Source: Gammaproteobacteria bacterium
GTDB lineage: Bacteria; Pseudomonadota; Gammaproteobacteria; JABABF01
NCBI GenBank assembly: GCA_965237805.1
Contig: OZ250153.1
Span: 192,001 to 256,000, forward strand
DNA length: 64,000 nucleotides
Reading direction: 5' to 3'
Of this stretch, positions 1-10,339 are shown one piece after another. Below the pieces are notes generated by a model. That model was not told where the DNA came from. It was given only the letters and a program-made list of their open reading frames with translations, and did not search any database. Position 1 is the first letter of the stretch. Each line of letters opens with the position of its first letter. A program made the translations under genes and the position numbers.

Positions 1-2513
1 ATGAGGGTCTGCTCGATTCCGTCGCCATCATGGGGCATTTTTTGCGCCTGATCGCCTCCGAGCCGGATATCAGCCGTGTGCCGATCATGATCGACTCCTC
101 ACGCTGGGAGGTCATCGAAGCTGGCTTGGCCTGTGTGCAGGGGAAATCAATCGTCAACTCCATCAGCCTCAAAGATGGCGAGCCGCTATTTTTGGAGCGC
201 GCCGCCCAGTGTCGACGCCACGGTGCCGCCGTCGTCGTCATGGCCTTCGATGAAAATGGGCAGGCAGATAATTTGGAGCGCCGCATCGAGATCTGCACGC
301 GCAGTTATCGCTTGCTCACCGAGTGCGCCGCCCTCGCACCGTCGGATATCATCCTCGACCCCAATATCTTGACCGTCGCCACCGGCCTCTCCGAGCACGC
401 CAACAACGCGGTCGATTTCATCGAATGCTGTCGTTGGATCAAGCGCGAGTTACCCGGTGTGCTGGTTTCCGGTGGACTCAGCAACATCTCCTTTTCGTTT
501 CGCGGCAACAATCAGATACGCGAGGCGATCAATGCCGTATTCCTCTATCACGCCATCGCCGCCGGACTCGACATGGCCATTGTCAACGCCGGTCAACTGG
601 CGATCTATGACGAGATCCCTGTGCCTTTGCGCGATGCGGTCGAAGATGTCTTGCTCAACCGGCGTCCCGATGCTACCGATCGCTTGTTGGCATTGACCCC
701 GCGCTATGCTGGCGACAGCGTGGCGACGCGCACCGTGGAGGATTTGTCGTGGCGCGAGCAGGCGGTGACCGAGCGGCTTCGGCACGCACTGGTCAATGGT
801 ATCGATCGCTATGCCGAGGAAGATGCGCTGGCGGCGTTGGCCGAATTGAAACGGCCGATCAAAGTGATCGAAGGGCCGCTGATGGATGGCATGAATGTGG
901 TGGGCGATCTATTCGGCGCTGGCAAAATGTTCTTGCCGCAAGTGGTCAAGAGCGCACGTGTGATGAAGCGCGCCGTGACCGTGCTGACCCCTTATTTGGA
1001 GCGCGAGAAAAACACTGGTGCCTCGAGTCAAGGCCGCCTTGTGATCGCCACGGTCAAAGGCGATGTACACGATATCGGAAAAAATATCGTGCGCGTCATT
1101 TTGGAGTGCAACAACTACCTTATCGAAGATCTGGGGATCATGGTGCCCAAGGAAAAGATTCTCGATGCCGCGCAGCAGATGAGCGATGGTCAGCCAGCCG
1201 ACATTGTCGGGCTCAGCGGGCTGATCACACCATCCTTAGACGAGATGGTGCTGGTGGCTGAGGAGATGCAGCGGCGCGGCATGTCGCAACCGCTGTTGAT
1301 CGGTGGTGCCACCACTTCCAAAGCACACACCGCAGTCAAAATCGCGCCGCACTATGACCAGCCGACTGTCTATGTGCCAGATGCCTCCCGTGCCGTGGCG
1401 GTGGTCTCCCAGCTGCTCAGCAGCGCTCAGCGCGGGGATTTCATGGCGCGGCTAGATCAGGAGTACGGCGCGATCCAGCATCGGTTCAGCGGCGGCAAGG
1501 CCGCCAAACAGCTGTGGCCGCTGGCCGAGGCGCAGCGGCGGGCGGCATCGCTGGATTGGTCGGGCTACCGACCGCCCACCCCAGCCGCTCTGGGCATCAC
1601 CGAATTGCTGGACTATCCGCTGGAGCGCTTGCCGCCGACCATCGACTGGACGCCTTTCTTCGTCGGCTGGGGTATCGCTGGACGATATCCCCAAGTCTTG
1701 GCTGATGACTCTCCTCAAGGTCAGGCCGCACGCGAGCTATTCGCCGATAGCAGCGCTATGTTGCAACGCGTGCTCGAAACGCGGCGCCTGCGTGCCGATG
1801 GCGTGCTCGGCCTGTGGCCCGCCGCCCGCTCAGGCAGCGACGATATCCGCATTTATGCCGATGCCAAGCGCGGCGAGACGCTCGCCACCTTGCCCTGCCT
1901 GCGTCGCCAAGCGAGGCGTCAAGATGATAAGCCGATGTACTGCCTCGCCGATTTCATCGCCCCTGAAGCGGGCCCCGCCGACCATCTCGGCGGCTTCGCC
2001 CTCAGCATTGGCGGTGCCGACGCTTGGGCCGATGAGTTGGACAGCAGCGGTGACAACTACAGCAGCATCTTGCTCAAATCCATCGCCACCCGTATGGCGG
2101 AAGCCTTCGCCGAGCATCTGCACCTGCGCGTGCGGCGAGAGTTTTGGGGCTACAGCCCGCAGGAGACAGTGCCCGCACGCGACGACGATGAGCACAGTTT
2201 GCGGCTACTCGGAGAAGGCTACCGTGGTATCCGCCCGGCACCGGGTTATCCGGCCTGTCCGCAGCACTCGGACAAGCGACTGCTCTTCGATCTGCTCGGA
2301 GCCGAGCGGCGCAGCGCCGTGCGGCTGAGCGAGAATTGGGCGATGCTGCCAGCCGCCTCAGTCAGCGGCTGGTATTTTTCCCACCCCGACTCTTTTTATG
2401 CCGCCATCGGCAAAATCGATCGCGAGCAAGTGCAGAGCTTGGCTCGGCGGCAAGGAGTCGCTCCGGAACAGGTCGAGCGCGGCATGCCCGCCAATCTGAA
2501 CTACGATCCCTGA
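1..2513 (+). CDS. metH: Cobalamin-dependent methionine synthase (5' part outside the window)
   Basis: Frame is open from the window edge (EGLLDS). Pterin-binding domain (IMIDSS, NSISLK), B12 motif GDVHDIGKN...SGLIT, and reactivation domain [12 protein letters not shown] are present. Confidence 0.97.
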   Translation, partial: EGLLDSVAIMGHFLRLIASEPDISRVPIMIDSSRWEVIEAGLACVQGKSIVNSISLKDGEPLFLERAAQCRRHGAAVVVMAFDENGQADNLERRIEICTRSYRLLTECAALAPSDIILDPNILTVATGLSEHANNAVDFIECCRWIKRELPGVLVSGGLSNISFSFRGNNQIREAINAVFLYHAIAAGLDMAIVNAGQLAIYDEIPVPLRDAVEDVLLNRRPDATDRLLALTPRYAGDSVATRTVEDLSWREQAVTERLRHALVNGIDRYAEEDALAALAELKRPIKVIEGPLMDGMNVVGDLFGAGKMFLPQVVKSARVMKRAVTVLTPYLEREKNTGASSQGRLVIATVKGDVHDIGKNIVRVILECNNYLIEDLGIMVPKEKILDAAQQMSDGQPADIVGLSGLITPSLDEMVLVAEEMQRRGMSQPLLIGGATTSKAHTAVKIAPHYDQPTVYVPDASRAVAVVSQLLSSAQRGDFMARLDQEYGAIQHRFSGGKAAKQLWPLAEAQRRAASLDWSGYRPPTPAALGITELLDYPLERLPPTIDWTPFFVGWGIAGRYPQVLADDSPQGQAARELFADSSAMLQRVLETRRLRADGVLGLWPAARSGSDDIRIYADAKRGETLATLPCLRRQARRQDDKPMYCLADFIAPEAGPADHLGGFALSIGGADAWADELDSSGDNYSSILLKSIATRMAEAFAEHLHLRVRREFWGYSPQETVPARDDDEHSLRLLGEGYRGIRPAPGYPACPQHSDKRLLFDLLGAERRSAVRLSENWAMLPAASVSGWYFSHPDSFYAAIGKIDREQVQSLARRQGVAPEQVERGMPANLNYDP

Positions 2514-2535
2514 GCGGGTGCGACTGGTGTTGGCT

Positions 2536-2649
2536 TTATTGCCCGTTGACCCAGAACCAGGCGCAGCTGGTGACGATCAAGACCAGCGCCAACAGCGCCC
2601 AAGCATCGGCTCGGCTATTCCCGACCGCTGATGATTTGTGCTCGTTCAT
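2536..2649 (-). CDS. Small 37-aa single-pass membrane protein
   Basis: ATG at 2649 preceded by AGGA plus 7 nt. MNEHKSSAVGNSRADAWALLALVLIVTSCAWFWVNGQ has one hydrophobic helix and fills the gap between metH and the reductase. Confidence 0.6.
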   Translation of the reverse strand: MNEHKSSAVGNSRADAWALLALVLIVTSCAWFWVNGQ

Positions 2650-2819
2650 TTTTGTTCCTGTCCAACGCTTGAGTCCGCAATGGTGATACAACGCAGATTG
2701 TAACCGGGGGTGCGCGCAAGCCAGCTGCAAAGCCTGATGGTGCACGGGGGTTGTGTTAAAATTCCAAGCGATTGTGAGCGTTCTCGCAGCCACTGCCATT
2801 ATTCGCGAAAAGACCGGCC

Positions 2820-4502
2820 ATGTACCAGTACACCGCAGCAGAGCAGAGTTTGCTCGCCGACCGCGTCGCCCAGTTCCGAGGCCAGCTGCAGCGCTATTTG
2901 GCCGCTCAGCTCAGCGATGAGGAATTTCTGCCACTACGCTTGCAAAACGGGCTCTATATTCAGCGCTTGGCACCGATGCTACGTATCTCCATTCCCTACG
3001 GTCTGTTATCGTCGCGGCAATTGCGAGCGCTGGCCGCCATCGCCCGGGATTTTGACAAAGGCTATGGGCATATCAGCACCCGCCAAAACATCCAATTCAA
3101 TTGGCCCGCCTTGGAGGATGTGCCGGATATCCTCGAGTGCCTCGCCGCGGTGGAGATGCACGCGATACAGACCAGTGGCAACTGTGTGCGCAATATCAGC
3201 TGCGACCCACGTGCTGGCGCTTCAGCGGACGAAATTGAGGATCCGCGCCCGTGGTGCGAGCTGATCCGCCAGTGGGCCTGTCTCCATCCTGAATTCGCTT
3301 TTCTGCCACGTAAGTTCAAGATCGCGGTCAATGGGGCTGCCAGTGATCGCGCCGCTATTGCTGTGCACGACATCGGCCTGTGGCTGCAACATGGTCCCGA
3401 TGGCGAGATCGGCTTCGGCGTCATCGTTGGTGGTGGCCTCGGTCGTACGCCAGTCGTTGGCCCGGTGATTCGGAAGTTCCTGCCGTGGCCTCATCTGCTC
3501 AGCTATTTGGAAGCGATTTTGCGAGTCTACAACCTGCTCGGCAGGCGCGATAACAAATACAAGGCGCGCATCAAGATCTTGGTACGGGCGCTTGGGCACG
3601 AGGAATTTACGCGTCGCGTCGAAGCCGAGTGGGGGGCTCTGCGTATCGAGCAGCCAGAATTGGAGCTGAACGAGGCTCAGCTGGCTCGCATGCGTGCCAG
3701 CTTCGCCGCCGTACCTTTGGCAACGCCCAGCCACAAGGCGGATGAAATCGCCAGTTTGCTGGACAGCGAGTGCCTCGCCGCGCCCGCTTTCAAGCGCTGG
3801 CTAGAGCGCAATACAGCGCCTCACCGTTCGCCCGCCCATGCCATCGTCACGGTCGCGCTCAAAAGCACTGGCATGCCGCCAGGCGACATCGGCGAGGAGC
3901 AGATGGATGTGGTGGCGGAGCTGGCAGATCGCTACGCCAATGGCGAAATCCGCACCACTCACGAGCAGAACCTGTTGCTCTGCGGGGTGTCGCGCGAGCA
4001 GCTGCCGACCCTGTGGCGCGCCTTGGCTGCAGCCGATTTGGCCTCTCCCAATGCCGACACCATCAACGATAGTATCTGCTGCCCCGGCGGCGATTACTGC
4101 TCGCTGGCCAACACCCGCTCTATCCCGCTGGCCGAGGCGCTGCAACGGCGCTTCGAGGCCTTGGACTATTTCGAAGACTTAGGCCCCATCGACCTCAACA
4201 TCTCCGGTTGCATGAATGCCTGCGGACACCACCATGTCGGCCATATCGGCATTCTCGGTGTCGATAAGAATGGGCAGGAGTGCTACCAGATATTGCTGGG
4301 TGGCAACGCTGGTTATGGACACTCGGCCTCGCTGGGCACCATTCTCGGCCCCTCAATGGAGGCTGATCAAACGGTGGAGGCAGTGGTCAATTTACTACAG
4401 CACTATGTTGCCGAACGCCGTGAAGAGGAGCAATTCTTAGATACGGTACGGCGCTTGGGAGTTGAGCCTTTCCGTGCACGGGTCTATGCCGCAGCTCATT
4501 AA
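2820..4502 (+). CDS. cysI: Nitrite/sulfite reductase, siroheme-[4Fe-4S] hemoprotein (CysI/Sir type)
   Basis: RLQNGLYIQR, TRQNIQ, LPRKFKIA, and the ligand motifs CPGGDYC and SGCMNAC. Confidence 0.9.
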   Translation: MYQYTAAEQSLLADRVAQFRGQLQRYLAAQLSDEEFLPLRLQNGLYIQRLAPMLRISIPYGLLSSRQLRALAAIARDFDKGYGHISTRQNIQFNWPALEDVPDILECLAAVEMHAIQTSGNCVRNISCDPRAGASADEIEDPRPWCELIRQWACLHPEFAFLPRKFKIAVNGAASDRAAIAVHDIGLWLQHGPDGEIGFGVIVGGGLGRTPVVGPVIRKFLPWPHLLSYLEAILRVYNLLGRRDNKYKARIKILVRALGHEEFTRRVEAEWGALRIEQPELELNEAQLARMRASFAAVPLATPSHKADEIASLLDSECLAAPAFKRWLERNTAPHRSPAHAIVTVALKSTGMPPGDIGEEQMDVVAELADRYANGEIRTTHEQNLLLCGVSREQLPTLWRALAAADLASPNADTINDSICCPGGDYCSLANTRSIPLAEALQRRFEALDYFEDLGPIDLNISGCMNACGHHHVGHIGILGVDKNGQECYQILLGGNAGYGHSASLGTILGPSMEADQTVEAVVNLLQHYVAERREEEQFLDTVRRLGVEPFRARVYAAAH

Positions 4503-4980
4503 GCTCGACCAGCAGGGTCGTCCCGCATTGCTTGAAGACAGCTGGCAGCTAGTCGACGCAGGGCAGCTATCGGCACAGTGCGGGCCGTGCATTCTGCCGT
4601 TGGAACTGTGGTTGCAAGCCCCGCGCAATGCCGCCGACGGCCTGTGGCTGAACGGTGGCGATCGCTTGGAGCTGCTGGGCGAGAGCGGTGCACTGCCGCC
4701 GCTGATCGCCGTGCATTTTCCACGCCTTGCCGATGGTCGAGGCTTTTCCACTGCCCGTCTGTTGCGCGGGCGTTACGGCTTCGGTGGAGAGTTGCGTGCC
4801 ATCGGCCATTTCATGTCCGATCAGCTGTTCTATCTCAGGCGCTGTGGCTTTGATGCCTTCGCGCCGAGTGAGCGCGATGAGGCCACATTGAGGCTTTGGC
4901 TAGGGCGCTTTGAAGACCTGCGAGCTGCTTACCAAGGGGGAGCCGATGCACTGTCTCCATTGCTGCGGCAAGAAGGCTAA
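4486..4980 (+). CDS. DUF934 family protein (usual partner of this sulfite reductase)
   Basis: FPRLADGRGFSTARLLR, GELRAIG, DQLFYLRRCGFDAF; overlaps the reductase stop. Confidence 0.88.
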   Translation: MPQLIKLDQQGRPALLEDSWQLVDAGQLSAQCGPCILPLELWLQAPRNAADGLWLNGGDRLELLGESGALPPLIAVHFPRLADGRGFSTARLLRGRYGFGGELRAIGHFMSDQLFYLRRCGFDAFAPSERDEATLRLWLGRFEDLRAAYQGGADALSPLLRQEG

Positions 4981-5017
4981 ATCCGGCGATGCCCCGCGCG
5001 CCGAGCTAGCGCTGTGC

Positions 5018-5950
5018 TCAGATCGCTTTTTCGAATTCCGGCACCGCTTCGAATAGGTCTGCCACCAAGCCGTAGTCGGCCACTTGGAAGATCGGTGCCT
5101 CTTCATCCTTGTTGATGGCGACGATCACTTTGCTGTCTTTCATGCCTGCCAAGTGTTGGATGGCACCGGAGATGCCGACTGCTATGTACAGCTGTGGGGC
5201 GACTATTTTGCCGGTTTGCCCGACCTGCATATCATTGGGCACGAAGCCGGCATCCACCGCTGCTCTGGAGGCACCGACGGCCGCGCCCAGCTTATCGGCC
5301 ACCGCCTCCAGCAACGCGAAGTTCTCGCCGTTGCCCATGCCGCGCCCGCCAGAGATCACCACGGATGCGCTGGTCAACTCCGGGCGCTCGGATTCACTTT
5401 GCTGTTCGTCGACGAATCCGGACAAGCCACTGTCGGCTGCGACGCTGGACGAGAAAGTCTCGATCGGTGCCGGATTGTCATTATCGGCGACCGGGTCGAA
5501 GGCGGTGCTGCGCACAGTGAGCAGCTTGACCACATCGAGGAGGCGCACGGTGGCGATCAGATTGCCAGCGTAAACCGGTCGCTGAAAGCAGTCCTCGCTT
5601 GCCACAGCGATGATGTCGGACAGCTGCGCCACACCGAGCAACGCGGCCACCCTCGGTGCGATGTTTTTGCCATCGGTACTGGCGGCAAAGAGGATATGGC
5701 TGTGCCCGGTTGCGGCCTCGACCACCAGCGGAGCCATGTTTTCAGCCAATTGATTGGCATAGGCTGGGTCGTCGGCCAGCAAGACCTTGGACACGCCAGC
5801 GAGCTTGGCCGCCTGCTCGGCGACGGTGGCGCAACCGCTACCGCCCACCAGTAGCTCGGCCTCGCCCAGCTGGGAGGCAGCCTGCATCACATTGCGTGTG
5901 GCCGCTTTGAGCTGCTGATTATTGTGATCAGCAATCACTAGAACAGTCAT
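5018..5950 (-). CDS. etfA: Electron transfer flavoprotein alpha subunit
   Basis: SGGRGMG, GASRAAVDAG, QVGQTGKIVAP, GISGAIQHLAGM. Confidence 0.97.
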   Translation of the reverse strand: MTVLVIADHNNQQLKAATRNVMQAASQLGEAELLVGGSGCATVAEQAAKLAGVSKVLLADDPAYANQLAENMAPLVVEAATGHSHILFAASTDGKNIAPRVAALLGVAQLSDIIAVASEDCFQRPVYAGNLIATVRLLDVVKLLTVRSTAFDPVADNDNPAPIETFSSSVAADSGLSGFVDEQQSESERPELTSASVVISGGRGMGNGENFALLEAVADKLGAAVGASRAAVDAGFVPNDMQVGQTGKIVAPQLYIAVGISGAIQHLAGMKDSKVIVAINKDEEAPIFQVADYGLVADLFEAVPEFEKAI

Positions 5951-6714
5951 GCGATTACCTTCGCTTCATTCCGTAGTTTATCAATGAGCTCCTCGACCGA
6001 CGCCACCCGCACGCCAGCTTGGCGCTCGGGTGGCGGCAGCACTTTGAGCACTTCCATCTGCGCTGTCATATCGACTGACAATTCATCAGGACTGAGCTCG
6101 GCAATCTCTTTTCTCTTGGCCTTCATGATGTTCGGTAGGGAGGCGTAGCGCGGCTCGTTAAGGCGCAGATCGGTGGTGACCACCGCGGGCAATTGCAAGG
6201 ATACCGTCTGCAGGCCGCCGTCCACCTCCCGTGTCACTTGCACATAGTCGCCGTCGTCGGAGAATTGCAGCTCCGAGGCGAAAGTGCCCTGCGAGCGCCC
6301 CCACAGCGCCGCCAACATCTGCCCCACTTGGTTGTTGTCGCCATCGATAGACTGCTTGCCTAGCAGCGCTAATGCGCAGGGCTCACGCTGCAAAAAACTG
6401 TGCAGGGCGCGCGCCACCGCCAATGGCTCGGGCAGCTGGTCGCCGCAGTTGATCAAGACACCGCGGTCGGCTCCCAGCGCCAAGGCGGCGCGGATTTGCT
6501 CTTTGCAGGCCGCGCCGCCCACCGAGATGGCGATGATTTCCTCGGCGATGCCCTTTTCTTTAAGCCGAACCGCCTCTTCCACGGCGATCTCACAAAAAGG
6601 ATTGATCGCCATTTTGACATTGTCCAAGTCGGGACCACTACCATCGCTCTTGCCCCGCACTTTGACATAGGCATCGGTCACGCGTTTTATTGCCACCATC
6701 ACTTTTATCGGCAT
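5947..6714 (-). CDS. etfB: Electron transfer flavoprotein beta subunit
   Basis: INPFCEIAVEEA, GKQSIDGD, DLRLNEPRYASLPNIMKAK. Confidence 0.97.
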   Translation of the reverse strand: MPIKVMVAIKRVTDAYVKVRGKSDGSGPDLDNVKMAINPFCEIAVEEAVRLKEKGIAEEIIAISVGGAACKEQIRAALALGADRGVLINCGDQLPEPLAVARALHSFLQREPCALALLGKQSIDGDNNQVGQMLAALWGRSQGTFASELQFSDDGDYVQVTREVDGGLQTVSLQLPAVVTTDLRLNEPRYASLPNIMKAKRKEIAELSPDELSVDMTAQMEVLKVLPPPERQAGVRVASVEELIDKLRNEAKVIA

Positions 6715-6829
6715 CGCAGCGACCTCTGCTGACAGGACATCAATCTCTCATTGTCGCAATAACGCATCGGTCGGTCAACTGAGAGCTGAGCAGGCGACTT
6801 ATAATTTAGGCCAGATACAACGGGGAAAT

Positions 6830-8488
6830 ATGGCGATGGAACGCGAAAAGATGGAAGTCGATGTGCTGATCGTCGGTGCTGGCCCAGCCGGTTTGGGAGC
6901 CGCCTGTCGCCTGGCGCAAATCGCGCGTGAGCAACAGCGCGAGCTCAGCATCTGTGTGTTGGAAAAAGGTTCCGAGGTGGGTGCCCACATTCTTTCCGGG
7001 GCAGTGTTCGAGCCCACCGCGCTGAACGAGTTGTTCCCGGATTGGAAAGAGCGCGGTGCGCCGCTGAATACACCGGTGGAGCACGACCACATCTACTATC
7101 TGAGCAGCGCGCGGCGGGCACTGCCGGTACCCGGCTTGTTTGCATCTCGGCAGATGCACAACAAGGGCAATTACATCATTAGCCTTGGCGTGTTGTGCCG
7201 CTGGTTGGCGGAGCAAGCCGAGGCGCTGGGCGTGGATATCTTCCCCGGCTTTGCCGCCATCGAACTGCTATTCGACGACGATGGCCGCGTCGCCGGTGTG
7301 CTGAGCGGTGATATGGGCTTGGCTGCCGACGGCAGTCCCGGCGAGGGTTATGCTCCCGGCATGGAGCTGCGCGCCGCCTACACGCTGTTTGCCGAGGGCT
7401 GCCGCGGCCATTTGGGCTTGGAGCTGATGCGCCGCTTCGATTTGAACGATGGTCGTGATGCGCAGCACTACGCGCTCGGTATCAAGGAGTTGTGGCAGGT
7501 GGCACCGGAGCGGCACCGCCCCGGCAGTGTGGTGCACTGCATTGGTTGGCCGTTGGCGCAACACAGTGCCCTCGGCGGTGGCTTTCTCTATCACTTGGAT
7601 GGTGGTCAAGTCTCGCTCGGCTTGGTCACCGACCTCAATTATGACAACCCCTATCTTGACCCTTTCGAAGAGTTTCAGCGCCTGAAGCAGCATCCGCTGA
7701 TGCGCGATGTCTTGCTCGGCGGCGAGCGCGTCGCCTACGGTGCCCGCGCCATCACCAAGGGAGGGCTACAGTCCTTGCCGCGTATGCATTTTCCCGGCGG
7801 TTTGCTGATTGGTTGCGATGCTGGTACCTTGAATAACGCCAAGATCAAAGGCTCACACACGGCGATGAAATCAGGTATGTTGGCGGCCGAGAGTGTCGCG
7901 GCAGCTCTGGCAGAAGAGCGCTATGGAGAGGATCTGGTCGACTTTGCTCAGCGCTTTGGCGACTCGTGGCTATGGCGCGAACTACATGTTCAGCGCAATT
8001 TTGGTCCCGCCCAGCACCGCCTCGGCAATCTGTGGGGATCAGCCTATGCTTGGCTGGATCTGAATTTGGCGCGCGGTCGGCTACCGTGGACTTGGCGCGA
8101 CCGTCGCCCCGACCATGAGGGCATGCGCCGAGCCGATTCGAAGCTGATGATCGATTACCCCAAGCCGGATGGCAAGATCAGTTTTGATCGTTTGTCCTCG
8201 GTCTATCTTTCCAACACCAACCACCGCGAGGGGCAACCCTGTCACCTGCAGCTGGCCGATCCCGAGCTGCCGATACGCGACAACTTGCCACAGTATGCCG
8301 AGCCGGCACAGCGCTATTGTCCGGCGGCAGTCTACGAAATCGTGGATGGAGCGGACGGCGCTCCCCACTTCCAAATCAATGCTCAGAACTGCGTGCATTG
8401 CAAGACTTGTGACATCAAGGATCCGGCGGCCAATATCCGCTGGGTACCACCAGAGGGCGGTGGCGGGCCGAGCTACCCCAATATGTGA
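6830..8488 (+). CDS. ETF-ubiquinone oxidoreductase
   Basis: GAGPAGL FAD motif, EKGSEVGAHILSGA, C-terminal YCPAAVYE...NCVHCKTCDIKDP; divergent from etfB. Confidence 0.96.
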   Translation: MAMEREKMEVDVLIVGAGPAGLGAACRLAQIAREQQRELSICVLEKGSEVGAHILSGAVFEPTALNELFPDWKERGAPLNTPVEHDHIYYLSSARRALPVPGLFASRQMHNKGNYIISLGVLCRWLAEQAEALGVDIFPGFAAIELLFDDDGRVAGVLSGDMGLAADGSPGEGYAPGMELRAAYTLFAEGCRGHLGLELMRRFDLNDGRDAQHYALGIKELWQVAPERHRPGSVVHCIGWPLAQHSALGGGFLYHLDGGQVSLGLVTDLNYDNPYLDPFEEFQRLKQHPLMRDVLLGGERVAYGARAITKGGLQSLPRMHFPGGLLIGCDAGTLNNAKIKGSHTAMKSGMLAAESVAAALAEERYGEDLVDFAQRFGDSWLWRELHVQRNFGPAQHRLGNLWGSAYAWLDLNLARGRLPWTWRDRRPDHEGMRRADSKLMIDYPKPDGKISFDRLSSVYLSNTNHREGQPCHLQLADPELPIRDNLPQYAEPAQRYCPAAVYEIVDGADGAPHFQINAQNCVHCKTCDIKDPAANIRWVPPEGGGGPSYPNM

Positions 8489-8508
8489 GCCGAAACCCTG
8501 TGCGCAGC

Positions 8509-9054
8509 TCAGCAGTGGGCCGATCCCAGCTCGAAGCGCCGACCGCCAGAGCAGATAAAAAAGCGCCTCTCTAGCCCCTCCCCCGGCTCGCTCTCGGCCC
8601 ATTCGACCAATTGATAGAAGACGCCGGGGACGAGGCGTGCCTCCAAACCGTCGTGGAGGCTGAGATAAGGACGGGGCTCGCTGCTACCCGCAGCTAGTTC
8701 GATGCGCAAGGGGTGCTCTTTGCCAGCCTCAAAATACTGGTCTAGGTTGCTACGGAACTTTAGGTTTTTCCCATCGCGTTCGACCGCCACTGCCAAAAAG
8801 GCGGTGTCGTCGACCGCAATGCGCCATTTTTCCACCGGCGTTACTAGATAGTGGTGGCTGTCCGTCTCGCACCGCAACACTGAGGCGAATAGCCGCACCA
8901 GTCCTTGACGTCGAATCTTGCGACCTTCGTGCCACCAGCTGCCATCGCGGGCGATGCGGATGTCGATGTCACCGCACAGCGGCGGATCCCAACGTCGTCC
9001 CCGGCTGTCGGGGGCGGCTAGCTGGCGTTGGAGCGAGTCGGTGTGCGCACTCAC
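8509..9054 (-). CDS. DUF1285 family protein
   Basis: WDPPLCGDIDIRIARDGSWWHEG, LVTPVEK, PY...GLEARL. Start set at GTG 9054 after GAGG, just downstream of the serA stop. Confidence 0.85.
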   Translation of the reverse strand: MSAHTDSLQRQLAAPDSRGRRWDPPLCGDIDIRIARDGSWWHEGRKIRRQGLVRLFASVLRCETDSHHYLVTPVEKWRIAVDDTAFLAVAVERDGKNLKFRSNLDQYFEAGKEHPLRIELAAGSSEPRPYLSLHDGLEARLVPGVFYQLVEWAESEPGEGLERRFFICSGGRRFELGSAHC

Positions 9055-9062
9055 CCGTGTCC

Positions 9063-10310
9063 TCAGCTTGTGTCCGAGTCCATCGATTGCGACAGCAGCC
9101 GCACACGCACGATCCCATCCAGTGCTTCGATGCGCGCACACAGGTCGGCAGGTGGGTCTTGGTCGAGATCGATCAGGTTGTAGGCGATATCGCCGCGGCT
9201 GCTGTTCTGCATATTGGCGACATTCAACTCGTTGTCTGCCAGCACCGACAGGATCGCATTAAGCTGCCGCGGCAGGTTGTGGTTGCTGACACTCAGACGG
9301 TAGGGGGTGTGCCACTCGAGCGCGCTGTCTGGGAAATTGACTCCGTGCTCGATGTCGCCAGTGTCGAGAAAATCTGCGATTTGGCGTACTGCCATCACCG
9401 CACAATTGCGCTCAGCCTCGACCGTGCTGGCTCCGAGGTGTGGAAAACACAGCACATCGTCGCGATCGGCCAGCTCCTCGCTGTAGAAATCGCTGGCGTA
9501 GGCCGCGAGGTAGCCATCCTCCAAAGCTCTGCGCACGGCCGCTGGGTTCACGATCGGTGCGCGGGCAAAATTGAGCAGGCAGCTGCCTTGCTGCTTGCGG
9601 CAATGTTGTAGCAGCGTGTCGTCGACCAAGCCCACGGTGGCTGCCAGCAAGGGGACATGCACACTCAGGAACTCGTTCTGCTCAAATAGTGCGGCGGGCG
9701 ATTCGTGCCAGTGCAAGTTGTTTGGCAGCTGTGCGCGCTGTTGTTCGGATAAGCCCGGATCAAATCCGCTGACGCGCATGCCCAAGCCGAGGGCGGCTTC
9801 GGCCACCCGATGTCCGATGGCTCCTAGACCCATCACACCCAGTGTGCGATCGCGCAGTTCCACGCCAGAGTAGTCGCGCTTGATCTGCTCGATGTAGCGC
9901 TGTGGCGACAAGCCGCCAGTGGTGTCGCCACCCCCTCGCAGCTGCTCTTGTCGCAATGCTTCCACTCGCCGCAGCGCTGGCCACAGCTGCCGCGAGATGA
10001 TCAGCATCGCCGCCAGCACCAATTCTCGCACTGCATTGGCATTGGCACCTGGCGTGTTGAGCACTGGGATGCCCTGCTCTAAGCAGTGCAGGAGCGGGAT
10101 GTTGTCGGTGCCTGTGCCAGCGCGCGCTATCACTTGTACCGAAGCGGGGATGTCACTGGGCTCCAAGCGCTGGCTACGCAATAAAATCGCATCTGGTAAT
10201 TCACACTCGGCAGCATCTGAGCAGATCTGGATGCCGCGCTGCTCAAGCAACTCGAGCCCGTGCGGGTCGATCTGGTTAAAGACCAGCACCCGGTGGCGGT
10301 AGCTTGGCAT
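9063..10310 (-). CDS. serA: D-3-phosphoglycerate dehydrogenase family protein with C-terminal ACT domain
   Basis: IARAGTGTDNI, NTPGANANAV, GLGAIG, NFARA, PHLGAST. Start set at ATG 10310 to avoid overlap with ppiD. Confidence 0.88.
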   Translation of the reverse strand: MPSYRHRVLVFNQIDPHGLELLEQRGIQICSDAAECELPDAILLRSQRLEPSDIPASVQVIARAGTGTDNIPLLHCLEQGIPVLNTPGANANAVRELVLAAMLIISRQLWPALRRVEALRQEQLRGGGDTTGGLSPQRYIEQIKRDYSGVELRDRTLGVMGLGAIGHRVAEAALGLGMRVSGFDPGLSEQQRAQLPNNLHWHESPAALFEQNEFLSVHVPLLAATVGLVDDTLLQHCRKQQGSCLLNFARAPIVNPAAVRRALEDGYLAAYASDFYSEELADRDDVLCFPHLGASTVEAERNCAVMAVRQIADFLDTGDIEHGVNFPDSALEWHTPYRLSVSNHNLPRQLNAILSVLADNELNVANMQNSSRGDIAYNLIDLDQDPPADLCARIEALDGIVRVRLLSQSMDSDTS

Positions 10311-10339
10311 CAGCGCATGTCCGGTGCTGTGCGTGGCGG

